A stretch of DNA of 64,000 nt, from NCBI GenBank assembly GCA_029351405.1, contig GCA_029351405.1_4841.1; one strand, given 5' to 3'. Within the stretch, counting starts at the first letter, position 1. Each line of letters starts with the position of its first letter. This document shows, piece after piece, positions 54,767-63,949 of the stretch. A model generated the notes under the pieces. That model saw only the letters and a list, made by a program, of their open reading frames with translations. It was not told where the DNA came from and made no database searches. The stretch is from Escherichia coli. GTDB lineage: Bacteria; Pseudomonadota; Gammaproteobacteria; Enterobacterales; Enterobacteriaceae. A program made the position numbers and the translations under genes.

Positions 54767-55429
54767 CAGATGTTTCAATGCGATATCGAGGCGGCGCAGG
54801 AAGTCGTCTTCTAACTGAATATTGGTTTTCACCAATGAATCGACCACATGCCCCTTAATGTCCTTAGGAACCCAAATTCCTGAAGATTCATCAAGCTGCC
54901 ATTCCACAGATTCGCTCACAGCCTTTACATAACAAACTTGTCCAGAAGGACGGTCGACTGCATCAACAGCAGTGAGCATAAAGCCGGGTTGAACGTCATC
55001 ATAGCCGTTCACTGACTTGGTCTCACCAAGGCCACGTGTAGACACGGCCAGGTTGAAGTCTGCTTCAGCCAGAGCACGAATGATCTGACCTTTCGGTGTA
55101 TTCAGGATCCGCGCTCGACCGATAGCGTTGGTGCCTTCCCAGCGCAAAGATTCGGTTTTGAGTGCAGCGTGTTCGATATCGGGGAAAGGATAATCCGGAT
55201 GCTTGAGTTCACCGATTGCACGACGATCCTGGATATACTCTTTGTCGTATGCTTCGACAGCAGGGATACCCACCTTTTGGAGATCGTAGTTGCGACCATT
55301 ACGGTTCACCTGGTTACACATCACGAATGGACCTTCGATGTACATGGCTTTTCCGCCAGTAGCCGTGGCCGCTTCACCAATCTGAAGGTCTTTCCCTATC
55401 GCAGTGATCTCACGCAACAGTTTCATCAT
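54761..55429 (-). CDS. gp21: prohead core protease, T4 gp21-like
   Basis: 222 aa; position and sequence similarity to T4 gp21. Confidence 0.85.
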   Translation of the reverse strand: MMKLLREITAIGKDLQIGEAATATGGKAMYIEGPFVMCNQVNRNGRNYDLQKVGIPAVEAYDKEYIQDRRAIGELKHPDYPFPDIEHAALKTESLRWEGTNAIGRARILNTPKGQIIRALAEADFNLAVSTRGLGETKSVNGYDDVQPGFMLTAVDAVDRPSGQVCYVKAVSESVEWQLDESSGIWVPKDIKGHVVDSLVKTNIQLEDDFLRRLDIALKHLG

Positions 55430-55436
55430 TCGCTCC

Positions 55437-55742
55437 TTAACTCAGTCCCATCATACGACGGAACTTCATTGCTTTTTTCTTACGACGCTCGATTTTGCGC
55501 TGGTATCCCATACCCATGCGTTTCTTGGCTCGGATCGCCTTGCGGTTGCCCAGCTTGCGAGTACGGCGCTCACTGGCGACCATCACCTCACAACGGGAAC
55601 CATCCGCAGACAGTTTGAAACCAGGAGCACACTGCAGACGGCGACGGCGTTTGCCTTTTGCGTTCACCTTGTCAATGACTTTCTGCTCATCCATGCGGGA
55701 AGCCAGGAAATCAGCGAACGTTGCAACTTCTTCGATTTCCAT
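55437..55742 (-). CDS. gp68: prohead core protein, gp68-like (highly basic)
   Basis: 101 aa; Arg/Lys-rich; T4 synteny between gp67 and gp21; SD AAGAGGAA. Confidence 0.5.
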   Translation of the reverse strand: MEIEEVATFADFLASRMDEQKVIDKVNAKGKRRRRLQCAPGFKLSADGSRCEVMVASERRTRKLGNRKAIRAKKRMGMGYQRKIERRKKKAMKFRRMMGLS

Positions 55743-55754
55743 GATACATTCCTC

Positions 55755-55931
55755 TTACTGGTCGTCGCCGAAAGGACCCATGTCTTGGCTCAGGGAGTTC
55801 AAGACATATTCAGTGCCCTGCTGGACCAGTTCTTGGGCGCGAGCGGACAGTTCCATTTCGCATTCAGCAGTAGCGGCATCAGTATCACCAGCGATGATTG
55901 CTTTTACCAGATCGATAGCGGCCATGTTCAT
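55755..55931 (-). CDS. gp67: prohead core protein, gp67-like
   Basis: 58 aa from the ATG at 55931 with SD AGAGGA; small acidic protein after the portal gene. Confidence 0.5.
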   Translation of the reverse strand: MNMAAIDLVKAIIAGDTDAATAECEMELSARAQELVQQGTEYVLNSLSQDMGPFGDDQ

Positions 55932-55962
55932 ATCCTCTAAATGTTTTCTATACTTAGTCGAA

Positions 55963-57657
55963 TTATTCTTCACCACCAGGAGGGTTAGTCGCTGGGATGA
56001 CGTTAGGTCTGAATTTCAGTGGACTGACTTCCCCGCTGCCGAAGCCGCCGGACTCATCTGCCTGCACTTCAGGGTATTTGCCTTCTTTCTTCTCTTTCTC
56101 GATCTTCTCTTGCTGGTCTTTGATGTCTTCATCGGACATACGCAGCAAATTGCGTTGAGCAAAATCGATAGAGAAGAGAGTGCCGATATATGGTTCGATC
56201 TGACCGAGAGCCGCCATACGCTGTGACAAGATTTCGTTCTCTTGTTGTTCACGGATGAAGCTGTCAGAAGTGAATTCGAACTTGACGAACGGCTTGATCT
56301 TCTCATTCCAGTCAGCCTGATCTGTAATGCCTTTCAATATCAGCTGGCGGCGCAGAAGTTCCAGGAAGATACCAGAAGAATAACGACGGCGCAGGCTCGC
56401 ACAGAACTTGTTGAAGCGCAGTTCTTCCTGTGTGATTTCAGCAAGATTGGAACCACCGATGTTGATGGAACCTTCCTCTTGCAGGCGGCTCTTAGGGATC
56501 ATCAGAGCCTCGTAGAGCTTCTCGCGGAAGTATACCACATGATCCATTTGACCCAGTTGATCGCCACCGCCTACGTTGGAGATCTCGGTTGCGTTCTGCC
56601 CTTCGCGACGTGGTAGCCAGTAGTCCTCAGCGATACCCATCAAATGAGTGTTACCAGCCACCTTACCAGTGGTGCGATCATACGCCAGACGGTTCTTGAA
56701 TTTGCCCATCATGGCTTGCATGTATTCTTCGGCCGACTTCTTACCCAGCGTACCCACGTCGAGATAGAACGCTCGCTTCTCAGGAGCACGTGTGATCGCA
56801 TAGATTACCGTTGCATCTTCAGTTGTAACAAGGTTGTTCAGGGGACGGATAGCCGGGTTCAGCAGGCTTGGCACAACCCCATTCGCCAGAGGCTCTTCAC
56901 CACTGTCCAGATACACTATGCTCTCATCATCAAACACCAGCTCTTGCTGTGACGGTTGGAAGTTCTGAGACGTACCGGACTGGCCAGTGAATTGGTTGCG
57001 GTTGTAGTTCGGGTTGTAGTAGTATTGAAGTTTTACGTCATTGATGACTTCGATACCGTCGCGCATCGCTTTTTGAACGATGTATACAGGACGGATACAG
57101 CGTGAGTCCATCATGATGAGTTTGGCGATACCCGCTTTCTTGTTCTTCGGGTCCACTACAACGTGGAATGCCTGACGGCCTTCAATATACCATTTGCGGA
57201 TCTTCTGATACGCCGTGTTGTCAAAGTCAAGGAGATGCATGATCTCTTTGAATGCGTCAGTGATCTTCTCTTTGACTTCTTCTGTGATACCATCTACCTT
57301 TTCCAGGTTGATGGTTACAGGAGTCTCTTCCTCTTCACAAGTGACGACGTCGTTGACAATGATATCCACAGCCTTACGAATCTCAGGCTGCTGAGCCATA
57401 GACTGGTACTCTTCGACCAGCTGTTTGACGTTGAGCAACTCATTCTCAACACCAACGAAATTGAATGTGTTCGCGCCGCCCTGGAGGATGATGGAACCAT
57501 CCTGAGAATCGTCCAGCGCAACAACAGTCGCTTTTGAAAGCAACTTCTCTTCTTGGTTCGTGACCATCTTGTCGGTATCAATCGGCGCTTCTACTTTGCC
57601 GCCTCTACCGAACAGGCCGAAGAACCCATTTCCGAATGCACCATTACCGAATGCCAT
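55963..57657 (-). CDS. gp20: portal vertex protein, T4 gp20-like
   Basis: 564 aa; VIYAITRAPEKRAFYLDVG ... EDYWLPRREG align with T4 gp20. Confidence 0.95.
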   Translation of the reverse strand: MAFGNGAFGNGFFGLFGRGGKVEAPIDTDKMVTNQEEKLLSKATVVALDDSQDGSIILQGGANTFNFVGVENELLNVKQLVEEYQSMAQQPEIRKAVDIIVNDVVTCEEEETPVTINLEKVDGITEEVKEKITDAFKEIMHLLDFDNTAYQKIRKWYIEGRQAFHVVVDPKNKKAGIAKLIMMDSRCIRPVYIVQKAMRDGIEVINDVKLQYYYNPNYNRNQFTGQSGTSQNFQPSQQELVFDDESIVYLDSGEEPLANGVVPSLLNPAIRPLNNLVTTEDATVIYAITRAPEKRAFYLDVGTLGKKSAEEYMQAMMGKFKNRLAYDRTTGKVAGNTHLMGIAEDYWLPRREGQNATEISNVGGGDQLGQMDHVVYFREKLYEALMIPKSRLQEEGSINIGGSNLAEITQEELRFNKFCASLRRRYSSGIFLELLRRQLILKGITDQADWNEKIKPFVKFEFTSDSFIREQQENEILSQRMAALGQIEPYIGTLFSIDFAQRNLLRMSDEDIKDQQEKIEKEKKEGKYPEVQADESGGFGSGEVSPLKFRPNVIPATNPPGGEE

Positions 57658-57681
57658 GATTAAGTCCTCAACATTTTCTTG

Positions 57682-57688
57682 TAATTAG
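57682..57688 (-). promoter_or_regulatory. candidate late promoter box (CTAATTA variant) upstream of gp20
   Basis: ccctcaCTAATTAc 25 nt upstream of the ATG, adjacent to a terminator hairpin. Confidence 0.3.
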
Positions 57689-57691
57689 TGA

Positions 57692-57709
57692 GGGGGAATA
57701 AGATCCCCC
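57692..57709 (-). terminator. stem-loop after gp19 (ggggga / tccccc)
   Basis: 6-bp stem just downstream of the gp19 stop at 57723; weak U-tract. Confidence 0.4.
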
Positions 57710-57722
57710 AGCACTGAGGACA

Positions 57723-58256
57723 TTAGAGAGACTTGTCTGAGATGGCCTGGAAGTAACGCAGGTCAACAGTGAACTGAGTATAAGAGTCCATTGCAGACAT
57801 GTCCAGTTCCAGCTGACCGAGGTTCTGAGGCCAGGTGCCCTGAAGGGTCCAAGTCTTGGTGACGTTGTCATTCGCATCCAGCAGTTCCATGATTACATCA
57901 CGGAAATAATCATCTGGGTTAGCAGACGCACGGTTGTTGTTGCTGCCGTTGATATACTGCTGCCAGACTTCGAATGCGTTGTACGGGGCGTTGTCCACAA
58001 CGTTGATAAACGTTACAGGCAGAGCCTCGAAGCGGCGGTCACCTGGGAATGGAAGTTCACGACCACCCCATGGGACGAGTATTTCCCCGAGCTGGCCTGT
58101 TGGGGTATTTGTGGTCACCGCCAACAGCGAAACATCACGGATAGTATCGCTTCCAGCCACGAAGGAAGGGAAGTTAACAGTCACACGCCAACGGTGTTGG
58201 CGCTGAACGCCACCCCCGCGTGACATAGCTGCTCTGAATTCATTAACTGTAGCCAT
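57723..58256 (-). CDS. gp19: tail tube protein, T4 gp19-like
   Basis: 177 aa; position after gp18; SD AGAGGAGA. Confidence 0.85.
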   Translation of the reverse strand: MATVNEFRAAMSRGGGVQRQHRWRVTVNFPSFVAGSDTIRDVSLLAVTTNTPTGQLGEILVPWGGRELPFPGDRRFEALPVTFINVVDNAPYNAFEVWQQYINGSNNNRASANPDDYFRDVIMELLDANDNVTKTWTLQGTWPQNLGQLELDMSAMDSYTQFTVDLRYFQAISDKSL

Positions 58257-58282
58257 GGTCGTTCTCCTCTGAATAGTGTAAA

Positions 58283-58289
58283 TATTTAG
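58283..58289 (-). promoter_or_regulatory. late promoter box CTAAATA upstream of gp19
   Basis: aaaCTAAATAttt 27 nt upstream of the ATG. Confidence 0.5.
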
Positions 58290-58570
58290 TTTTGAAATAA
58301 ATGGGGGTTAAAATACTCCAAAGTGAAGATATTTATTATGTCATTCCCCGATAAAAATTATTCATGCTGGGAACGATGAAACGCAATCCGGGTTTGTTGG
58401 ATAACATCCGACGACCGAAACTGAATGCCGCTCTTGGGTTGATAGTAAACTCAGGAAAGAGAAATTCCTTAAACTTGGATACGATGTAGAAGGTAAAACA
58501 GAGGATATGCTGGCGATAGAAGCCGGGTTGGGGCGTATCTGGGGGTGTGGTCTTATCCGGTATGAACAGG

Positions 58571-58597
58571 AAAACTAAAACCCCGCCTCAGCGGGGT
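58571..58597 (-). terminator. rho-independent terminator
   Basis: ccccgc-ctca-gcgggg hairpin followed by UUUUAGUUUU on the minus strand. Confidence 0.55.
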
Positions 58598-58603
58598 AAA
58601 CTA

Positions 58604-58960
58604 CTATTTGCGAATGCCAACCTGAGCATAATACACATGATAATCACCGTGGGTACGGAAGCTGGTGAGGTGGAAGGTGACGAGGTGGCTCCCGAAAGCT
58701 ACAACTTTGGTATCTGGGGAGCATAAATCATTAGTTAGTTCACCCAGAACCTTACCACAAAACTCCCCAACAATAGCGTTAAATCTGTCAATGTGTGGAC
58801 TGGTCACCGTCATTGGACCAACATCTGCACAGTAGATCCCTTTTATCATCTTTCCCTGGCTGTCGCGTACTGGCTTTGCAGGCTGGTAAGGGTTGACGCG
58901 GCGTTTCAGGTTACAGAGGCCGATTTCTTTCAGGATAGCGTTAATTTCGGTCTTGGTCAT
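58604..58960 (-). CDS. hypothetical early protein inserted between gp18 and gp19
   Basis: 118 aa; conserved leader TTGAAACGAAGGATCTATATC-ATG; own early promoter. Confidence 0.6.
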   Translation of the reverse strand: MTKTEINAILKEIGLCNLKRRVNPYQPAKPVRDSQGKMIKGIYCADVGPMTVTSPHIDRFNAIVGEFCGKVLGELTNDLCSPDTKVVAFGSHLVTFHLTSFRTHGDYHVYYAQVGIRK

Positions 58961-59008
58961 GATATAGATCCTTCGTTTCAAGTTGGTGTCGTACTGCTTA
59001 TGTTTAGA

Positions 59009-59036
59009 ATTATACGTGAGTTATTGAAGAAGTAAA
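59009..59036 (-). promoter_or_regulatory. early sigma70-like promoter (TTTACT-16-TATAAT), PeSL-type
   Basis: Perfect -10; spacer tcttcaataactcacg shared with the other cassettes. Confidence 0.5.
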
Positions 59037-59065
59037 GTAATTCAATAAAATAATCTGGAAAATTT

Positions 59066-59088
59066 AAAACCCCGCCGAAGCGGGGTTT
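59066..59088 (-). terminator. rho-independent terminator after gp18 (same hairpin as after gp23)
   Basis: ccccgc-cgaa-gcgggg followed by UUUUAAAUU on the minus strand. Confidence 0.7.
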
Positions 59089-59093
59089 GTTTA

Positions 59094-60989
59094 TCAGGAA
59101 GCGGCTACGATACCACCGCCAGTTTCGATCTCGCTGAACTCCATGTCCGGACGTACCGCAGCAAAGTCCAGATACACCCAGTTGATGGAGTATTCTGGTT
59201 TCAGCCAGATACCCGCGACCATCTGGTTCGCAGCGATAACATCAGCGGTGTTATTGTCCTCGTCACACTTCACCATCCCGTCATAGATCGCGCCCATGTT
59301 GGCCAACTGGCGGATATATGGGCGGACAGCGTTGCTGAACAACCCACGAGTGAATGCATCGTTGTTCTCACCAAGGTAGTATTTGGCGATGGCTGCGATA
59401 TTCTGCTCTGCCATAATGAACAGACCACGAACGTTGATGCGGTCGAACGCAGATGGGCGGGTCAGGCCAGTCTTGTCGCCGTACAACACGATGCCTTCGT
59501 TGGAGAAGGTGACGATGCTGTTGATCTGGTTGCGATACAGCACAGCACGCTCATCAGAAGACGCAGACCACGCCATTCGATTATAGTTGTTGTATTTACC
59601 ACGGTTGTGGAACGCTGGAGATTTGTAGATACCCGCGATTTCAATGCTTCGCGCCCAAACACCTGCGGTGCCGCCACAAGCCGGAATCCAACGCATTTTG
59701 TCGTTGTACTTGTCGTACACATACGCCCAGTTGTCATCCATGAAGAAGTAGGAGGAGTCGCGAACAAGGCTTTCACGCCAGGCCACAACATCATCCATCT
59801 CACGGCCACGGTTTCCGACGACCGTATCGCGAAGAGGAGACACAAAGGACACTGTGTCTTTACGCTCAGTGGACAGGTCGATCAGTGCCTGCTGCTCAAT
59901 CAGTTCTTCACAGAAACCGAACACTGGCTTGGCATCATACGCTTCGGCGTTGTTCAGTGCCTGGATAGCCGCAACACGGTTCCCAGTGTAATCGTCTACA
60001 CCACCTTCGAGTTCAATGACACCAGCAGCCAGGGTAGTGGCGAAGGTGTACACCCAATTTGAGGTGCCGTTGATCACGTCTTTGAAGTACGCATTGGATC
60101 CATCAGATTTCTTAGAACCCTGAGCGGTCTGCACCAGTTCATACTTCTCGATGATCGTACCGGAAGCGCCAACAGTGGTGACGGCAGCGGTAGCAGTCAG
60201 ACCATTCGCGTCTGGAACAATCGCAGTCGCAGCCTGAGGACCGATTGCTTTGTGGGTGACGGTGACGGTGTTGGACTTCACGACAACAGAAGAATACACG
60301 TCAGACAGAGACGTCAGCGCGGTTCCGATCTTTGTCGCCAGAGTCGCCGGAGTATCAGCGTCAGTGTACGCCACGGCTTCCCCAGCAACAGAGATGGAAC
60401 CAGCAGCGGTGGCAGTACCGGATACAGAGATACGATCAACCTGGCTAACAGCGCCAGAAGAGTCTGTGATGCGACCTACTTTGTCAACGATGGCGATATG
60501 GTACTCGCCAGCCTGCGGAGCATATGCGAAGTTGTTACGGAATTCCCAGGTCGGGAACAGTGCAGCATCACAGATGTTCACAGCAATGTCGTTACCCAGA
60601 GAGCCAGCATAGCGGCCTGTCCAAGTAATAGACGCAGATGGGGACGCAGTTTCGAAGTCTAGTTTGTTGCGGATAAGGATTGCAGTCTGACCTTTGGTTA
60701 CAGCGTTGCGTGCCGCCGGACCGACCACACGGGTCACCCATGCAACAGAGCTGTAAGACAGGAAGTCAGCAATCACCAAGAAGTCGGTGGCAGTTGCATC
60801 GTTTGGCTTGAAGAATTTCTTTACCAGACCAGTTTCGCCACCAGTGACCAACACAGGGAGTTCTGCTTCACCCCATTGGAATTTGCCGACAGTCGCACCC
60901 TGAACAACAACGGATGGAGACGTCTGAAGCGTGGCATCACGCTCAGTCCACTGTACGGACGGCGCAACGCTGAAGCTTTGAGTTGCCAT
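59094..60989 (-). CDS. gp18: tail sheath protein, T4 gp18-like
   Basis: 631 aa from the ATG at 60989 (SD AGAAGGAA); GKFQWG and C-terminal FDRINVRGLF align with T4 gp18. Confidence 0.9.
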   Translation of the reverse strand: MATQSFSVAPSVQWTERDATLQTSPSVVVQGATVGKFQWGEAELPVLVTGGETGLVKKFFKPNDATATDFLVIADFLSYSSVAWVTRVVGPAARNAVTKGQTAILIRNKLDFETASPSASITWTGRYAGSLGNDIAVNICDAALFPTWEFRNNFAYAPQAGEYHIAIVDKVGRITDSSGAVSQVDRISVSGTATAAGSISVAGEAVAYTDADTPATLATKIGTALTSLSDVYSSVVVKSNTVTVTHKAIGPQAATAIVPDANGLTATAAVTTVGASGTIIEKYELVQTAQGSKKSDGSNAYFKDVINGTSNWVYTFATTLAAGVIELEGGVDDYTGNRVAAIQALNNAEAYDAKPVFGFCEELIEQQALIDLSTERKDTVSFVSPLRDTVVGNRGREMDDVVAWRESLVRDSSYFFMDDNWAYVYDKYNDKMRWIPACGGTAGVWARSIEIAGIYKSPAFHNRGKYNNYNRMAWSASSDERAVLYRNQINSIVTFSNEGIVLYGDKTGLTRPSAFDRINVRGLFIMAEQNIAAIAKYYLGENNDAFTRGLFSNAVRPYIRQLANMGAIYDGMVKCDEDNNTADVIAANQMVAGIWLKPEYSINWVYLDFAAVRPDMEFSEIETGGGIVAAS

Positions 60990-61031
60990 AATCTTATTCC
61001 TTCTCTGTAGAGTTTCGCTCAATTTGAAAGA

Positions 61032-61038
61032 TATTTAG
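61032..61038 (-). promoter_or_regulatory. late promoter box CTAAATA upstream of gp18
   Basis: tcaCTAAATAtc 43 nt upstream of the ATG. Confidence 0.5.
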
Positions 61039-61041
61039 TGA

Positions 61042-63252
61042 TCACCGTCTCAGCCATTCTTCCATAGACATACCAGAGTGTTCATCATAAACCTGAATTC
61101 CACCGAACCCTGGGATGTTCTCCACAGAGTGAGGATCTGGCGTCGACATCATACCCCCAAATGGTAGCATCTGTGATTCTTCCATCGCAGACAACCGTCC
61201 TCTCATGTCCGCAGAGATATTTGAATTGGTGAGATCACTAAACCATTCTTGTTTCACCGCCCATGCATACAACACGAGGGGCATTACACAGTCATCATGA
61301 CAACCATCATCGGCTTCATACCTTGTTCCAGTCCATACGAATGTACTGAGTTCATCTATCGTGTCCTGGTCATCTATCACCAGCATTTCACGTTCAATCA
61401 GGGCTTTCAGGTTGGCACAGCCGTTTGTGCGCACCTTCTTGTTGGTATTGATACCAGGTTCAGGGCGGCGACCACCGATTCTCTTGCCTGTGCCCTTGGT
61501 ATCTGTTGTGGTGAAGATGATCTCGGGATATTCAATTTCCTGGTATAGAATTGTGATTACCTGACCACCCACGTCGTTGTTGGTCTCGACTAGCATCGGG
61601 CACGTTCCATACTTCTCGCCCATATCGGCGATTGTGTACGCATACATCATTGGAGGTATCGTGTTATTTCGATACTTGGCTGCGATCTTGTGAGGATAGT
61701 CTGTGATGTCGATAATGGTCAGCACAGAATAATCCCCTTCGACACCCTTGCCTGTATCTGCGATACCCATATAGATGCGCTTAGGATCGTAGTCGTGATA
61801 AATCTTGGTGAACTCGTTCGGCTCCTGATACAGCTTCGAGGTCATCTTGTCCAGACACTTGGCAGGTATCAGTGATCCCACAGAACCACGGAACTTAATA
61901 CCAAATTCTTGATCGAAACGTGCATCACCCAGCTTCGCCCTTTGTTTGGATTCCCAGTCTGGATCTTTGGTGTACGTTGGAACACGATACCATGGGACCT
62001 CTGTGAGTTTGAAGTCGTTGTATTGTGGATGTTCTGGGTTCGCCTTGGTGACGATGTCGTAGAACAACCCGCGCTGACCTTTCGGCGTACTGGTCAGAAT
62101 ACAACGTGAAGTCTCTGCAGATGCAATCGCCGGGAATGTAGACTCCCAGAATTCAAAGTCGTTTTCAATGAACGCCACTTCGTCCACATACAGGAGCGAT
62201 ACAGATCGACCACGGATGGAGTCGGAAGATGTCGCATAGGCGTAGATCTTTGATCCGTTTTCGAACTCGATCAGCGTGGAACCGAACTTCTCACAACCCT
62301 GTTGGAGGAAGAATGGCAAATCTTGATATGCTTTGCGAATACGATCTAGGATTTCAATCGCCTGCTTCTCTTTGTTCGCCAGTACTGCGATCTCTTTGTC
62401 AGAGTGGAACATGGCATACCAGAGCAGGAACGCTGCCACGACAGTCGTGTTGTGGCTGAGGAAGCCGTTGGTGTAGTAGCGCTGATCACTAGATTTCACC
62501 TGTAGGTCATACATGTGATGCGTCTCACCAGTCTGCCAAACCTCACGGATTTCTTCTGGACCTTCTGATGTCATGATGTATGACCCAGCATTCAGGTCTT
62601 TGGCAAATATCTCCTTCATTTCCGGGGTGAAGAATATGTGTTCGTCGGCCACGTTAATTCGCCGCCCAGTAACAGTCACAATAACGAATTCCGCATATTT
62701 CTTCGTCTTATGCGCTGCGATAACCGGAACCCAGCCACTATCGGATTGCACAAAGTAACGTTTGCCGAAGCGGCTGTCCACAAACTTGTCATGGTTGCCA
62801 ATGGTATTCAGCGGCACAGCGTGATTGACGTCCTCGAAACGGCTGTGAAGCTCCCCTATGGTCAGGAGCAACTGCTCTTGGCTGAGAGTATCGTAAACTG
62901 TGACAAGCGTGTCACCTTTTACACATTTCCCAGACTGACGAGCCTGGACGACCGCATTGAATCGATAGTCCTGGAAGTCATGGAACAACTGCTTCTGATA
63001 ATCGTGCATGTCAAAGAGGATGAAGCCTTTATCGATGGTCGTGATCTTGTAGTAGTTGGCGGCGAAGTAATGGGCGTCCATCGCGCACTCGACGAACTCC
63101 GATTCCTGCTCATCTGTTAGCATCAACTCCACACGAGGAGCACGCACAGACGGCTTGCGCATGAACGTTTGGTCCATACGCAGTCTGACGTCTTCTGTCT
63201 TAAACCCCGTCTTGAGCGGGGCATATTCTACATCACGCTTCTGATACGCCAT
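61042..63252 (-). CDS. gp17: terminase large subunit, T4 gp17-like, interrupted by a mini-intein
   Basis: Walker A reads VVQARQSGK[intein]TTVVAAF; C-terminal nuclease region; ATG at 63252 with SD GGAAGAAGG, overlapping the gp16 end. Confidence 0.9.
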   Translation of the reverse strand: MAYQKRDVEYAPLKTGFKTEDVRLRMDQTFMRKPSVRAPRVELMLTDEQESEFVECAMDAHYFAANYYKITTIDKGFILFDMHDYQKQLFHDFQDYRFNAVVQARQSGKCVKGDTLVTVYDTLSQEQLLLTIGELHSRFEDVNHAVPLNTIGNHDKFVDSRFGKRYFVQSDSGWVPVIAAHKTKKYAEFVIVTVTGRRINVADEHIFFTPEMKEIFAKDLNAGSYIMTSEGPEEIREVWQTGETHHMYDLQVKSSDQRYYTNGFLSHNTTVVAAFLLWYAMFHSDKEIAVLANKEKQAIEILDRIRKAYQDLPFFLQQGCEKFGSTLIEFENGSKIYAYATSSDSIRGRSVSLLYVDEVAFIENDFEFWESTFPAIASAETSRCILTSTPKGQRGLFYDIVTKANPEHPQYNDFKLTEVPWYRVPTYTKDPDWESKQRAKLGDARFDQEFGIKFRGSVGSLIPAKCLDKMTSKLYQEPNEFTKIYHDYDPKRIYMGIADTGKGVEGDYSVLTIIDITDYPHKIAAKYRNNTIPPMMYAYTIADMGEKYGTCPMLVETNNDVGGQVITILYQEIEYPEIIFTTTDTKGTGKRIGGRRPEPGINTNKKVRTNGCANLKALIEREMLVIDDQDTIDELSTFVWTGTRYEADDGCHDDCVMPLVLYAWAVKQEWFSDLTNSNISADMRGRLSAMEESQMLPFGGMMSTPDPHSVENIPGFGGIQVYDEHSGMSMEEWLRR
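62449..62925 (-). mobile_element. mini-intein (159 aa) in the terminase P-loop
   Basis: Starts CVKGDTLVTV, ends GFLSHN, +1 residue Thr; boundary codons checked by hand; too short for a homing-endonuclease domain. Confidence 0.75.
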
Positions 63253-63949
63253 CGTCTTCACCTTCTTCCTTCGGCTCTGCCTGAACGTCGATTACATCTT
63301 CTTCGGGATCAGGTCCTTTGGATGCAGCTTTCGCTGCAGTACGTTCTTCAGCACGTTTACGGGCGTCTTCGATGGTCTTCAGTAGATCACGAGAAGACCT
63401 GGCCTGTTTACCGACGTTGACCGTGGTTGTGCCATCAGGGGACGTGGTGACCTCGACGGTTGTTTCGTCTCCAGGAGGTGGCTCTCTGTCGCCCGTGACC
63501 GCCTTGATAGTTTTCTGGTTCTCCATCAGGTCTTTGTTCAGACCGCGCATGAGTTCACCCAACTCTTTGAAGACTGTGAAAGCACGGGGTGCTTCAGTCG
63601 TCGTCGCAAGTTTGGCTGCCTGTCCCATCATGAACATCGTGGCTTCCTGCATGGCATAAGTCGTGTCACGGATGCGTTTGTAGTCGGTGGTGGCATCAGT
63701 GTCTTCGAAGTCTGGAACCTTAGATTCCTTGGGCTTCAGCTCTTCTGGGTCCAATGAAGGAGGAAACACCACAGGCTCATACCCCGCAGTCTCATACCCC
63801 GCAGGCTTTTCACCCAACCATTCGCCTGTATCCGGATCGTAATCTTTTCCGGCCATAGGCGAGGTCTTCTCCATGACTTCTTGAGCGACCTCATCCCGCG
63901 CTTGGATAGCACTGAGGGTGGATAATAGGCGTTCTGACATAGCACTCAT
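63233..63949 (-). CDS. gp16: terminase small subunit, T4 gp16-like
   Basis: About 238 aa; central region resembles T4 gp16; acidic C-terminus; overlaps the gp17 start; ATG at 63949 with SD GGAG. Confidence 0.6.
   Translation of the reverse strand: MSAMSERLLSTLSAIQARDEVAQEVMEKTSPMAGKDYDPDTGEWLGEKPAGYETAGYEPVVFPPSLDPEELKPKESKVPDFEDTDATTDYKRIRDTTYAMQEATMFMMGQAAKLATTTEAPRAFTVFKELGELMRGLNKDLMENQKTIKAVTGDREPPPGDETTVEVTTSPDGTTTVNVGKQARSSRDLLKTIEDARKRAEERTAAKAASKGPDPEEDVIDVQAEPKEEGEDDGVSEA

Noticed and set aside
2874-59036. The repeated hairpin-plus-promoter units considered as a CRISPR array or transposon terminal repeats.
   Set aside because: They are dispersed rather than regularly spaced, sit exactly in gene-upstream positions with promoter hexamer geometry, and no cas or transposase genes are present.
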